From: Nemertoderma westbladi
Lineage: Eukaryota; Animalia; Xenacoelomorpha
Length of the DNA stretch: 42,295 nt
Reading direction: 5' to 3'
Assembly (NCBI GenBank): GCA_032718475.1
Contig: JAUCBJ010003871.1
Location: 1 to 42,295, forward strand
The first letter of the stretch is position 1. Each line of letters starts with the position of its first letter. This document shows positions 1 through 12,209 of the stretch, in pieces. A model generated the notes under the pieces. It had not been told where the DNA came from. It searched no databases and saw only the letters and a list, made by a program, of their open reading frames with translations. A program made the translations under genes and the position numbers.

Positions 1-89
1 AATTTAACATTGAGGCGGGATATTAATTCGCCAAGATGGGATTTGCGTACAGTTTTTCCCCCGGTCTCAATCTCCGAGTCCTAAGTCAA

Positions 90-2007
90 GGTAAATCTTT
101 TCGACCTACGCGTAGTTCGACACGGGTCAAATCCCTAGACTAGCGACTTTACGAATCTGCCAAGATATATACAGCTGCTATACGGACCATGCTATGTGCT
201 TGATTCATCTGCACTGATGACTGATCATAATACATTGTAAATCTGCTACGATCATAGAATGATCATACAAAATCTTTTAAGATTTACATATACAAAATAT
301 TGAAAAAATATTTATTTATTGAATGTATGGTTGCAATTTGTTAAATATCAAAACCATTGTTACATTAAACATTATAATTATTGTCTTGGAAAGTAACAAC
401 ATGGCTATTATATCTGATGTTACGATCAGACTATGATCTGGATAAGATCAGGCCAGATAATGAGGCTGCCCAAATTTTAAAACACCAGAGGCAGAGGCCA
501 ATGATAATTATTTTTTTGCCGTATTTGACCGACCAGAGTACTCTCTTTCACAGCGTTTTACATAAGATTTCATATCATACGAAGATCTTTTCAGATCTTA
601 TCATGATCATATAATGATAATATCAAGTTAGACATTATCAATCAATAATTAATTATAAATTATCAATTAATAGGTATAGAAACAAAGAAATTTATAAATC
701 TACATCAATATGAATTATCTAATATGGTGGCCAAGTAGAGTAATTATATTAATTTATATGAATCTAATATAAATTTATTGATATTTTGCAAAGTTAAATT
801 GGCTTATCTTTATCTTAAAACCAAATTGAAATTTGTTCTGCTTAAATATAATACCATTACCACACAATAGATATACAGATAGGGACAATAGGAAACGTTA
901 GGTGTGTAGGTGTTAGTTGTACAGTAGGATATGTAGGTAAGATGTGTTAGGTTTAGTTCTACATCCCCCACTGCCCTATCCCCATAGTAACAATCCACAG
1001 TGCAAACAGAAGAATGCTTCAAATTTTGCTTAATTATTGATTGAGAACTATTAAGATCTTTGCAGAACTTTGTTATTTATCATTAATTCTGCAAAGATCT
1101 GCACTGATCTTACTAAAACTCCAGAGATCAGCCGTGGTCTTACCAATCCTGCAAAGATCTGCACTGATCGTTACCAACCCTGCTAAGATCATAGAGAAAA
1201 GGTGTCAAGATCTTACCAAGACATATAAAGATCTTATGCTAAGGTCAGTGCAGATTGGTGATGTTGCTAGTCTAGGGATTATCACCAGTTTCAGAGCTTT
1301 AATATTAATTACGCGTAGGTCCTACGCGAACTAAGAGTAGGTGCTACGTATAACAACACGTAGGTGCTACCCATAGGCCATAACTACTGTATGTCTATCC
1401 TATACGACGTTTATCATTAGTAGGCCTACGTATTCCAAGCAGTTCAGTACTAAAATAAGACAATACTATGTACGTAGGATAGGCCGCTATATATTTATTG
1501 TGCTAGAGCCGTTGCTTTGACAAGGGAAGGGGGGAGACTAATTATATTTATTGTCTACCATGATTGGTTGCACTTGTTATTTTACTAAACAATTGAATTA
1601 TACAGTATTATCAGCTTTCGCTTAACTACTTCACCATAGTAGACTAGACTGGTAGCTTATAGTACTGTAGAATATTTAAATTATCCAATGGAAACACGGA
1701 GACGGTAATACTGTATACGTGAATTTTAAGTCTACTTTTTATTCATCCTGTGTTTGTATGTGAAAGAACCGAATATCAGCTATAGTCAGATAAATGACAT
1801 ACCGATACTTGCCTATCAACTCAAGCCCTGCCGGACCTGAAGTGAAAAATGTTTGTTATCAGGACTGCTACGCATAGCTACGCGTAGTTACAAAATACCT
1901 ACGCATAGTTACAAAATATCTACGCGTAGTTTAAAAACTTTGTTCAAAATGACAGCAATGGAAGTTACAAACTACGCGTAGCTATGCGTAGGTCGAAAAG
2001 ATTTACC
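90..2007. mobile_element. Non-autonomous TIR DNA transposon (outer element)
   Basis: Perfect 22-bp inverted repeat: GGTAAATCTTTTCGACCTACGC (90-111) and GCGTAGGTCGAAAAGATTTACC (1986-2007). The palindromic motif CTACGC(G/A)TAG recurs subterminally (106-115, ~1310, 1867-1990). No transposase ORF and no clear TSD. Confidence 0.65.
133..1277. mobile_element. Nested non-autonomous TIR element with CCC termini (possibly EnSpm/CMC-like)
   Basis: Left end CCCTAGACTAGCGACTTTACGAATCTGC versus the reverse complement of 1250-1277, CCCTAGACTAGCAACATCACCAATCTGC (24/28 identical). Flanked by AT on both sides (possible 2-bp TSD). AAGATC/GATC-rich degenerate subterminal repeats. Confidence 0.6.
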
Positions 2008-4748
2008 CCAGAGTCAGAAGGTGCTCATGCAGTCTTGCTAATACTAATACCTGAATGTGAAATACCGATACCGGTAAATCACTGAATTAATGCAGTAATA
2101 AATACTGCTGTGTAGGTTACGCTACGCTACAGGGTCATTTGTGTGGTGAGCCACGAATTTGGCGGAGCCGTCATTTTTAGCGAACTGAAACTGTTAGGGG
2201 TGGGTAAATTGTTATAAAATAGTTGTTGTCGTTGTTGTTGCGATTTTGACATTCTAGATACTAATAATTTTGTTGGACTTAGAGCTGTCGAGTTAAAAAT
2301 TTGTAATCATCAATACGACCAAAAGTTGAGATTTATCATATTATGATTAGGTCCCTATAACTATTTCGCTTAACATAAGTTTATGTCACGTGCTGCGCGA
2401 AGACCCGACTTCGTGTGATACTACTGTATAAGAATAACAGGATACTGTACTCTGGTACAGAAATATCAAAGGACTAACCAGTATAATAATAGTAATAGTA
2501 ATAATTAACCATTAATAATATTTTATAGTCTCTATAGACCAAACCTGGCGCAAATCGCGATGACCTACGCCTAGACCTAGGCCTGAGCGGCGTAGGTACA
2601 GTGTGCGTGGTTCGGCACTTTATTCATTATCTTTTATATCACCAGTTCCAAAGCTAACATTAACTACTGTTACGGGATTAACCCTATATGCACTTCGGAG
2701 ATCCCAAAACCAATATATCGCCTTATCAGCCGATAGCCGTCTAAACTGCATTAATTATCACCCAAGTTGGTTACCTGCAAAGGTCAAGTACCAAGCATTA
2801 CTAAAGGCCCAGCGGCCAAACCAAATTGAAGTCACGTAGTTGCGCAATCTACCATAACATACAGCAAATGTATTGTGCTTATATTGGTTGACCAGTGTAC
2901 GTACAGTAGGATGTACAGTATCGGGGAGGCCCTCTGTCATACTTAGTTATTGCATTGTATTAGTGTACATACAACTGTGTAATTACCAGGAAGGAGACAT
3001 TATCCAATAACCTTCAAACATTAGTTACATCATCCATTATTGTAATGAGTGGATGGAAAATATGTCACGACCGTTACGCTGAAGAACAAGTTTTTCCAAT
3101 ATCTCCAGATCCCCGGCAGTAATGGTTATAATCTTTTATATCTATCGTTAGGTGGTTCGTATCAATTGTTTGAGTCATATTCGCTTTCTTCTAACAATCA
3201 GATCAGGGCAAGCAGATCCAATTAGAAGGCAGTAAACTAAACCTGGCTGAACCGATCTCCTTCCTAAATTATGTTATCTGTTATGTTATGTTAATATTGT
3301 AATATACCTCAGTGTGGGTTATATCCTTTTCCAGGATAATTTAGATGTTACGATGTAGACTTAACGGCGACCTTTATTAGCTACTGACTTGTTTGTGATA
3401 AATGGTTCACTCAAGCCCGGACTTTTGGGCTTTAACTAATTATCTGTCTGCTACTTATTTGTGATATTTAAATATATGTGAAAAGTAAAGACGACCACAG
3501 TTATTTTCCCTCAAAGATCCCAGCCAGGAAACTTCCGCGGCCTGCACCTGTAATACCAGAAGCTCTGTATTACCACCCCCGCTTTGTACTGTATCCCTCC
3601 GTAAGCAACACTATCCAACATTGGTGGATACACTGACAACTAAACTGTACACGCGTATGTGAAACCTATGTATATATCCACGCAAAGGTGCTACCCAGAA
3701 TACAATGTAACGACATCACTCAGCAAGAGTCGAAAAACGGTAGACCACAATGAAAAACGGCCACAATATGTTTGGTAATTCTGATAATTCGATCTTAAAG
3801 TTGTTAGTATTGAAAATTCGATCTTAGAGTTTTTAGTAGTCTAATATGCTATTTAAATTATTTACACACACGAATGGTTGGGGTTGAGAGAGATTCAAAA
3901 GTTTATGTATATATATTTGTACGCCTTACCTGTATCATATAAAATCTATACATACATAATTTACATTTTATACTGTACTTTGTAATTAAGCTCTATTGTA
4001 GTGTGGCCTAAACTGTAATACACAAAGACAATAACCTACCATCTGTTAGAATTATTTGCTTCATGTTTTGTAGGCCTGCTCTGTACACCAACGTATTAAA
4101 TATAATAGGCCTACTGCATAAGAACATACTGTAAATTTTAACAGGCAGAAAACACCAATACAACAAATCAATAGGGATTATTGAATAAACATATGAGCAT
4201 CATTGTAGGCTATTCTTCTATTTTTTTCATTTTGTATGTGTTTGAATAATAATAATTTAATATATTATTATTATTCAAAAATTGTAACATTTCTCAACGC
4301 CGTAAGTATTAACAGCTAGTTGTTATTTAGCACTTTACAACTTTAGAGGACATTACAGCATTGTATTGGCCTGTACATTTAGTATTGTATTTGGTGTTAT
4401 CCGTTAAGTAATGGTGTGGACATTAGTTAGCTTAGTGGACATTACTTAACGCTGTCATTGGTTACCACGTAAACAATAGGTTGAAATTTGCCTGACAGCC
4501 AGATAGACTTCCTGCATTACCTACCGGTAGGCGGGGTATAGCTATTAATAACCAGTAGCTATATTATTAACTGAAACATGGCTCCAAACGCCACCATAAA
4601 CATAAGCTAACTTATTTATAACATAATTTATGTCATTTTTACATTTATTTATACAGCAACTAATATAATTTGTGCAGTTTCTATCACTTATAATGTATAT
4701 GTACAATCATTTCGTAATGTTAAAATTTTGGAATAAAACTACATACAT

Positions 4749-4871
4749 ACTTGTTGCAAAGTACTTTACAGTGTTCTGATCCTCGTGGCTTTATTTTCAC
4801 TCACTCACGAACGTTCGTTAGTGTAACAAAGCTACTCGGATCATCACACTGTAAAGTGCTACTTTACAAGT
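4749..4871. repeat. Imperfect foldback palindrome (MITE-like)
   Basis: Arms ACTTTACAGTGTTCTGATCC and GGATCATCACACTGTAAAGT, centred on the palindrome CGAACGTTCG (4808-4817). Confidence 0.6.
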
Positions 4872-5269
4872 GACAAGTGACAAGTACTGTACAGTATGTA
4901 AATAGTTATTACCAAATTATTTAATTACTTATATATACTTTATCTGTATAGACAAAACGTTTTGGATTTAATAATTTTGATTCATTTACGCTGATGTTGT
5001 ATACTTTCGTTTCAGGGACCCCTTATTTAAATATTGTTTCTAATAATGCTCAGTAGCCTTTTTGAAAAAAAGCCATAAAGCCCTCTTTTGGGCCTTTTAG
5101 TTAAAATGGACCCTATCTATTTTAGCAAAAAGTGTTCAGAAGAATTGGATACATGGGCATATTCTTATATTCCATATTGCGACAAATTTCAATGATAATT
5201 GGTGGAGAAATAGCCTTTGGCGCAAAATGGCACTTTTGGCGATTAAATTGTCATTTTGGGGCCAATTTT

Positions 5270-7530
5270 TAATAATAATAATATATAATATTTATATAGC
5301 GCTTATACTTTATGTTGCGCTTAGCTGAACTTTAAATAAAAACCACAATTCAGATTGATAAAAAATAGACATGTTTAAAAAGAAACACATAAAAATATAG
5401 AAGATATAAAAATATCATATTTTACAATTGGTTTATATCCTCAATTATATTCAATGTTGAATAGATGGGTAATTTCTTAAACATATCAACTGAGGGCGCT
5501 GACCGAATGCGGAAGGGCGAAGAATTCCATAGAGTAGGGGCTGCAACTGAAAAATATCTCAGGCCATAAGTTTCAAGATTGTAGCGGGGAATCTCCAGCA
5601 GACATTGATTGGAAGAGCGCAATAGGCGTGGCTGGCTGTATGAGATCTATTAGATAGTCAGGTGCGATGTTGTTTACACATTTGTAGGTAAGCAGCGCGA
5701 TCTTGAAGTCAATTCTGCGTAAGATTGGAAGCCAGTGGAGGTTTCTAAGCACCGGTGCTATATGTTCAGTCTTACGCGTGCCAGTTAGAAGACGAGCCGC
5801 AGAATTTTGGACGTATTGGAGTCTCTTCACGATGTTCCAAGGCAAACCGTAGTAGAGGGCGTTGTTATTATCGAATTTGTTGGTTATCAGAGCATGGATA
5901 ATGATTTCAAGAGTCTTGCTACCGAAACAGCGCTTGACTTTCGAGAGGTTGCGGAGCTGGAAAAAGGCGCTACGGACAGTCATATAAATCTGCTTCTTGA
6001 AACTCATAAGTATCAAATGTTGCACCAATGTTACGGGCAGAATCAGTGAGTTCAACAAATTTGTTTCCCACGGCCAAATGAGTTGGTGAGATTAATTTAT
6101 CACCAAACTTTGATTGCAGCATGATAACTTCAGTCTTATCAGAGTTCATCATAAGGAGATGGGTTGACATCCATATCTTAACATCGCGAAAGCATTCAGC
6201 TGTGACTGTGACTGGCTTGGACATATCTGTAGGTTTGAATGCGATGTAGATCTGTGTGTCGTCGGCATATAAATGGAAAGACAACCCGTGCTTTTCTATC
6301 ACCTTGCTGAGAGAACGCATGTAAATGGTAAACAGTAGTGGTCCGAGAACCGATCCTTGAGGTAAGCCAAAAGGCACAGATTTCTTTTTGGAATATAAAT
6401 TCCCAATACGAACTGACTGGCATCTGTTGTCCAAATATGACCTGAACCATTTTAGAGCAGTTCCTGTAACACCTATTTCTGATTCAAGAATATTAAGCAG
6501 AATGGAGTGCTCAACCGTGTCAAATGCTGCGCTTAGATCTAGCAGGACCAGAAGAACAGCTGAGCCGTCATCTATACTTTTTAGAACATCGTTGTTGACC
6601 CCAAGTAGCGCTGTTTCAGAGCTGTGCATTTTCCTATATGCACTCTGGGAAGGATCGTTAAGGCTATTTATACACATGTGTTCAATAAACAAGTTTGCTA
6701 CAACTCTTTCAGTTAACTTTGAGACGAACAACAGGTTGGATACGGGCCGAAAGTTCTTTAAGATATTTGGGTCGAGTTTAGCTTTCTTCAGCACTGGTGA
6801 GATAACTGCCTCCTTGAATGCTGTAGGGACAGTTGCAGTCTTGAGTGAGAGATTAATAATCCATGTTAGTACCGGCAGAAGCACTGCAATGGAACATTTA
6901 AGCAATCTAGTAGGAATGGGATCTGAAGGACTGAATTTTGTTTTCGATTCGTTCACTAAGCGCTTGACATCATCCTCCAATATATCAGGTAGTTCCCGAA
7001 ATTTTGGCACTGGCTGGTCTTGGTTTGTGTGAGCATTCACTGGTGAACAGGTGGCAGCATCAGGTGGCGGAGGATCAGCCAGCTCCAGAGTGTGATGTTG
7101 TTTAACCAACGGGTTGACATTGGGGCACGTAGAAAGCTGAGAAACTCCCCCAGCAATCTCTAACTCGATTTCGTCTCTATAGTTTTTTATCTTCGATTCA
7201 AAATAATCAGCAAATTCGCAGCGAGAACTTCATCGAAATCGTGTTCTAGAAGTTTACTAACTTGCTTGCGGTGCACAATCTCGTTGGCAACCTTAAATAA
7301 TTTACCAGTCTCACCTTTGGTATTGTTTACCTGGGATCTGTAATAGTCATGCTTTGCACGAGATATTGTATCAGAAACTATTTTGCATTGCTCTCTAAAC
7401 ATTATTCGATGGGAGTCAGACTTGCTTTTCCTAAATCTTCTTTCAAGTTTCCTCCGGAGTTTCTTTTCTTTGACTACTTCGACATTATACCATGGTGAGT
7501 TCGGTTTAACAGTTCAGTTTTTAAAGTGTT
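5270..7530 (-). mobile_element. 5'-truncated, frameshifted L2/CR1-group LINE (RT domain and C-terminus)
   Basis: Consecutive minus-strand ORF pieces (7187-7402, 5970-7109, 5573-6058, 5422-5622) contain NFRPVSNL, LVLLDLSAAFDTVEH, GLPQGSVLGPLLF, HLYADDTQIY, LQYVQNSAARL, LRNLHWLP and FSVAAPTLWN. The 3' end reads GCGCTATATAAAT followed by a TTA-repeat tail (~5270-5302). No endonuclease domain remains. Confidence 0.9.
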
Positions 7531-8388
7531 TGGTTTTGCAATTATTAAACATAAACACCCCATGCAATCTTGAATAGCACGCATTGAGGAGGGTGGGGGT
7601 GTTACCCCAACCCCCCCCGCACTAAGTGGTGTAGGTTCTAGAGAAAGTGGATCTTTTTAATAATTTCCCTTTTTTGCATAGTTAAATACTGGCGTTTTAA
7701 GAAAATTCCCACAATCCGACTTGCGTAGATTTTCATAATTGAGAACCTAAAATAAAATTTTAGACTAGCAAATCTTTGTAAGAAAAGATAAACAATCCTG
7801 TTGCAATTACTGTAGTATGAACCTCGTTCTAAATATGGACTTATTTACGTCGCGTACCTAATATAATCAGTCATATATTTATACATCAACAACACGCCAA
7901 AGTTTGCATGGAATCCGTAAGTGCCCTTGTCCGACCCAACATCTAGCAATTAAATTACTAAATCGCATTAAATTCCTCACTAAAACAATTACCTTTTCTA
8001 CAACATAAATAATTGTTTTTTTTTCAATAGAATATTTGCACAAAAATCTTCCGCCACTAAATTATATTTATTATCACAAAAATGTAGTTTTTCATCACCA
8101 ATAATAAAACTTTTAATTAACCTGCTCTACTGAATTTCGTTTATTGTTTTAGTTAGGCTTTAACTTTCGTTTTACCTTTTACGTTTTACTTGAACTTTTT
8201 TTTTGACATTTCATATGTACAGTAGTACCACATACATATGTAAAAATATTACAAAAATAAAGGTATCTATCCTATTCTCTGTAGTACAGACGTTAGAGCA
8301 GCCACCGGTAGGCGTACTGAATCTACTGTAGGACTACTGCACTACAAATATTAGATTAGCTATGTACTGAAATCAAAATATATTTGCC

Positions 8389-11260
8389 ATGAATATCGAA
8401 ATTATTATGTTCGTATTTTTATTATTTTTTCAAACTATTTGCTGCCGTAAGATGCATTGTAATGATTTGGAGGGATCCATGATTCGCATGAAGGTTATTG
8501 ACGATGATGAGTGGAATAAGAAGGTACTACTGTAGTAGGTATTTTGGTACCGGTTGTATAATTATTGATCTAAAGTAGGCCCTACTGTATGATTTAAATA
8601 TGTGTAATTATGAGTCTGTTGTTGGTCATATTATTATTTTTAGGCTATATTTAAGCCGGCATAGCATTTTTAATGCACGCTGCATTGGGCTTGCCAATTG
8701 TGGATTGCATGGTGGTGGAAAAATATTTTCGTTAAGCCAGCAAATCATCTCAATGTGCAGTTTCAATGCAGCAGGCTGACTATAGATGCAGTAGATAGAC
8801 TCTACTAAAATATTTATTAACTTTAATAAGATATTTATGTCAAGACAACCTTAAGAGTAAGAACTATCGTATGTTTTTCAATTGATTGAATTAGGCCTAC
8901 AAATGTCGCGTTTTCTGCGTTTAATTATATGCTAAGCTGATACGAGCTGTCAAACAGAGTCCACGTGTAAACGTTATTAGACGCAGACCTTTGAGCGATT
9001 TTGCACTTCTTCTATTTGTCCACCAAAGCAAAGTAAACTGTCGGTGAACATGACAGGTGGCGCGCGACACTAAGACTCCTCTATTATGCCCGTGTTAGAT
9101 ATAATTTAAACATTAAAATTGGCCAATATTATATCAATTATAAATTAAATATATAAATTGCAATAGCAGCTTCCAAATGTTATTACAGTATTACTCGACC
9201 CTGTTAGAATCGACTGAATCTTAATGAAAGAGTGAAGCTACTGTACGTACATGTACTGTACTAGAGCCATGTAGGCCTACCTGTGTACACTGTGTTACAT
9301 GTGATTTGCACTGCTCCAAAAAATATACGTCGGGGGCCTAGAGTATTAACTGCCTGTTATGTCCGCATACTGCCCTACTGTCCTCTACACACTCCCTTCA
9401 ACCTACAAATATTAACCAACCTCCCAAATAATTAACCGTTTCCAGAACTAAAAGTCAGGAATGTGATAATATGTGGAAACCCCCCAGTAAAGATAAATTA
9501 AAAGCTATATTGTACCCCACTGGTCTGATAGGTCATACAGTAGAGTAATTATATTTCGGGAAATAAAAACAACTGCTACTTGCTACACCCCTATGTTAGC
9601 TTTTTAAATTAAATAATATTTTGTATGTAAACAATGATTGAATTATATATAAAAATAATTTATTCCATGTCGTTGATTATAGAAATTTAAGATTTTTGAT
9701 ATACAGTATCAAATAAATAGTAAAAAAAATAGTTTTGTGGGCTGTCAGGTGCTGCGTGCTGCACCATCTGTGTGTGGTTCTGTCCTATAGTACAGTTTTA
9801 CTAATTGTGTGGCTGCGCTTCCCCTACTGAAGTTGTAGCACCGTTACAAATACTTTATAAATCTAAAAATTATTATAAATGTTTCGAATTGGTACTTTTT
9901 TGGTTTTTAATCTGGGCTTAATTTCTCTCTCTCTCTATCCACCTCCATACCGGTACCCTTTAGATCTCTTTATTTTATTTTTCGCCTCTTTCGTAAAGAT
10001 TTCTGCCCTCTTCTCTTACTTTCCGCGCAATCCCTTGAATGGTTGCGGGGGGGGGGGGGGGGGGGGGTTGGGGGGCTACTTCACCCCCATACATTTATTA
10101 ATATTCCCACCTATGGCTACTTACACCTGTCTACGCATTATGCAATATACTGCAGGCCTACACCAAGTCCCAGCATCAGCATGAATCCAGTTATATTTTT
10201 GGCAAAAGGTCTTATTATTTTCTAAAGCAGTTTCTGAATGTAATGAAAATTCATCAAAGGTACAACTGTAGCCTAGTTTTACATCCTATTTTCTGTTTCT
10301 GTGAGAGTGTCCTATCTATTTCGAGGGCCTCGATTTAGACAAAATATATTTTCACAATTTCACAATTTTATATATTTAGACAATACATATTTTCAATATT
10401 TATATTTTATTGCACAAATCTCAGAGAACATTAACACTTTAATATACATTACTTTTCTGCAGTGCGTCGGATGCAAAGAAGACTGCTTGTTGATCACAGG
10501 ATGCGGTATGGGTCATTGTAAAAACTCTGAACCTTGTGGGACTAAACAGGTAGAAGATACGACGTCTGGGACCAAACAGGTAGAAGATCCGACGCGTGGG
10601 ACCCTACAGGTAGAAGGTACGACGCCTGGGACCAAGCAGGTAGAAGAACCGATGTTTTGGACCAAACAGATGGAAGATACGGCGCATAGGACTAAACAGA
10701 TGGCAGATACGACGTCTGGAACCAACCAGGTAGAAGATACGACGCCTGGGACCAACCAGGTAGAAGAACCGACGTTTTTGACAAAACAGGTGGAAGATTT
10801 GACGCCTGGCGCAGACGATTCGACACCTGGGACCAAGCAGGTAGAAGAACCGATGCTTTGGACCAAACAGGTAGAAGATACGACGCCTCTGAACAACCCG
10901 GTGGAAGATACGACGCCTGGGAACAAGCAGGCAGACGATACGACGTCTGGGACCAAACAGATGGAATATACGTTGCCTAGGACCAAACAGATAGACGATA
11001 CGGCGTCTGGATCCAAGCAGGTAGAAAATACGGCGCCTGGGACCAAGCACGTAGAAGAACAGGCGTTTTGGACCGACCAGGTAGAAGATACGACGCCTGG
11101 GACCAAACAAGTAGAAGATACGGCGCCTGGGACTAAGCAGGTAGAAGAACCGATGCTTGGGAGCATGCAAGTAGAAGATTCGACGACAGGGAATAAACAG
11201 GTAGAACATACGACGACTATGGGAACAGTAATATGGCAGTTATGGAGTACTGGACAATAA
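8389..11260 (+). CDS. Putative secreted protein: signal peptide, Cys-rich domain, 10-aa Thr/Glu-rich repeats (exons 8389-8523 and 10463-11260, ~310 aa)
   Basis: Exon 1 reads MNIEIIMFVFLLFFQTICCRKMHCNDLEGSMIRMKVIDDDEWNKK and ends at AAG|GTACTA (phase 0). The acceptor TTTTCTGCAG| at 10462 joins in phase to CVGCKEDCLLITGCGMGHCKNSEPC and the GTKQVEDTTP repeats of ORF 10301-11260. Confidence 0.65.
8652..8785. repeat. Short interspersed repeat, copy 1
   Basis: Aligns by eye with 36242-36375 (TAATGCACGC...TGTGGATTGCATGGTGGTGG...GTTAAGCCAGCA...ATGTGCAG). Confidence 0.7.
10538..11220 (+). repeat. Coding 30-bp minisatellite, ~23 copies
   Basis: Consensus GGGACCAAACAGGTAGAAGATACGACGCCT, encoding GTKQVEDTTP, with recurring EEPMxW variants. 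Confidence 0.9.
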
Positions 11261-11491
11261 AAGGGACTGAATAATTTTGGGAACACAATTTGCTGGTATA
11301 ATGTGATGTGATCGGATTACGGTTCTACTAAACCCATGTTACTGGATATTCAATTATATATTCATTGAGAGTAAATTACATGTTGATATTTCAATATCAA
11401 TTAACAATCAAAGTACAATGCAGAATTACGTCTACACTTATATAAAATAATCACTATAATCTCGAGGAACGTTTACCTTGGTACAATAAAG

Positions 11492-11750
11492 AAAGAACCT
11501 GCGTAGTGCGTATAGTAACAGTATAGTAAAGAACCTGCGTAGTGCGTATAGTAACAGTATAGTAAAGAACCTGCGTAGTGCGTATAGTAACAGTATAGTA
11601 AAGAACCTGCGTAGTGCGTATAGTAACAGTATAGTAAAGAACCTGCGTAGTGCGTATAGTAACAGTATAGTAAAGAACCTGCGTAGTGCGTATAGTAACA
11701 GTATAGTAAAGAACCTGCGTAGTGCGTATAGTAACAGTATAGTAAAGAAC

Positions 11751-11757
<7 letters not shown>
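11492..11757. repeat. 36-bp satellite, block 1 (~7 units)
   Basis: Unit AAAGAACCTGCGTAGTGCGTATAGTAACAGTATAGT; the block ends abruptly at a T21 tract. Confidence 0.97.
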
Positions 11758-11782
<25 letters not shown>

Positions 11783-12209
11783 ATGCAATGCAACTTGTTA
11801 ATATTAAATATATTGTAATTATTTTAATCTAAATATTTATACACTACAAGCGTAAATAGCTAAGCAATCTAGTTAATCTATCATTCTGTCCACGAACTCT
11901 GAATAACGTATCATCCCGTCTCCATCGATATCTGATTCTCGTATTAATTCTTCGATTTCAGCTTCATTGAGGGAATCTCCTTGAGATGTGAGGGCATTTC
12001 GCAGTTTGTCAACAGGTATATATATACCCGTTATGTTCTCTATCAAATACTCTGAAACATTCCTTGATTTCTTCTGAACTTTTCGGCGGTTTCATGTGCT
12101 CCTCCATTAGGTTACAAAACTGTGGAAAGTCGATTGTATTGCCTCCTGTTGGATCTACGAATTCTAACATTGCTCGGAGTTCTCCTTCCGTCGGACTTTG
12201 TCCGACGGT
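11758..12209 (-). pseudogene. Processed pseudogene (retrocopy) of a calmodulin-like EF-hand gene, 5'-truncated, +4-nt frameshift
   Basis: The minus strand reads TVGQSPTEGELRAMLEFVDPTGGNTIDFPQFCNLMEEHMKPPKSSEEIKECFRVFDREHNGYI. After removing 4 nt from the (TA)5 run at 12017-12026 it continues PVDKLRNALTSQGDSLNEAEIEELIRESDIDGDGMIRYSEFVDRMID* (stop at 11873-11875), colinear with calmodulin from about residue 38 to the end. It is intronless, has a ~95-nt 3' UTR with ATTAAA, ends in A21 (T 11758-11778) and has satellite on both sides. Confidence 0.88.

Noticed and set aside
2985-3440. Kinase-like peptide fragments on the minus strand (IKVAVKS, DLEILEKL)
   Set aside because: They are short, interrupted by stops and in the wrong order for a kinase domain, so not supportable without a search.
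6388-7032. 214-aa plus-strand ORF
   Set aside because: It is antisense to the L2/CR1 RT region and has no independent motifs.
10047-10076. Poly-G tract (and the poly-C tract at 34028-34050) giving Gly-rich ORFs
   Set aside because: Intronic homopolymers; the ORFs have no other coding signal.
10513-11286. Minus-strand ORFs of 257 and 201 aa
   Set aside because: They are antisense shadows of the 30-bp coding repeat; the plus frame has the splice and signal-peptide support.
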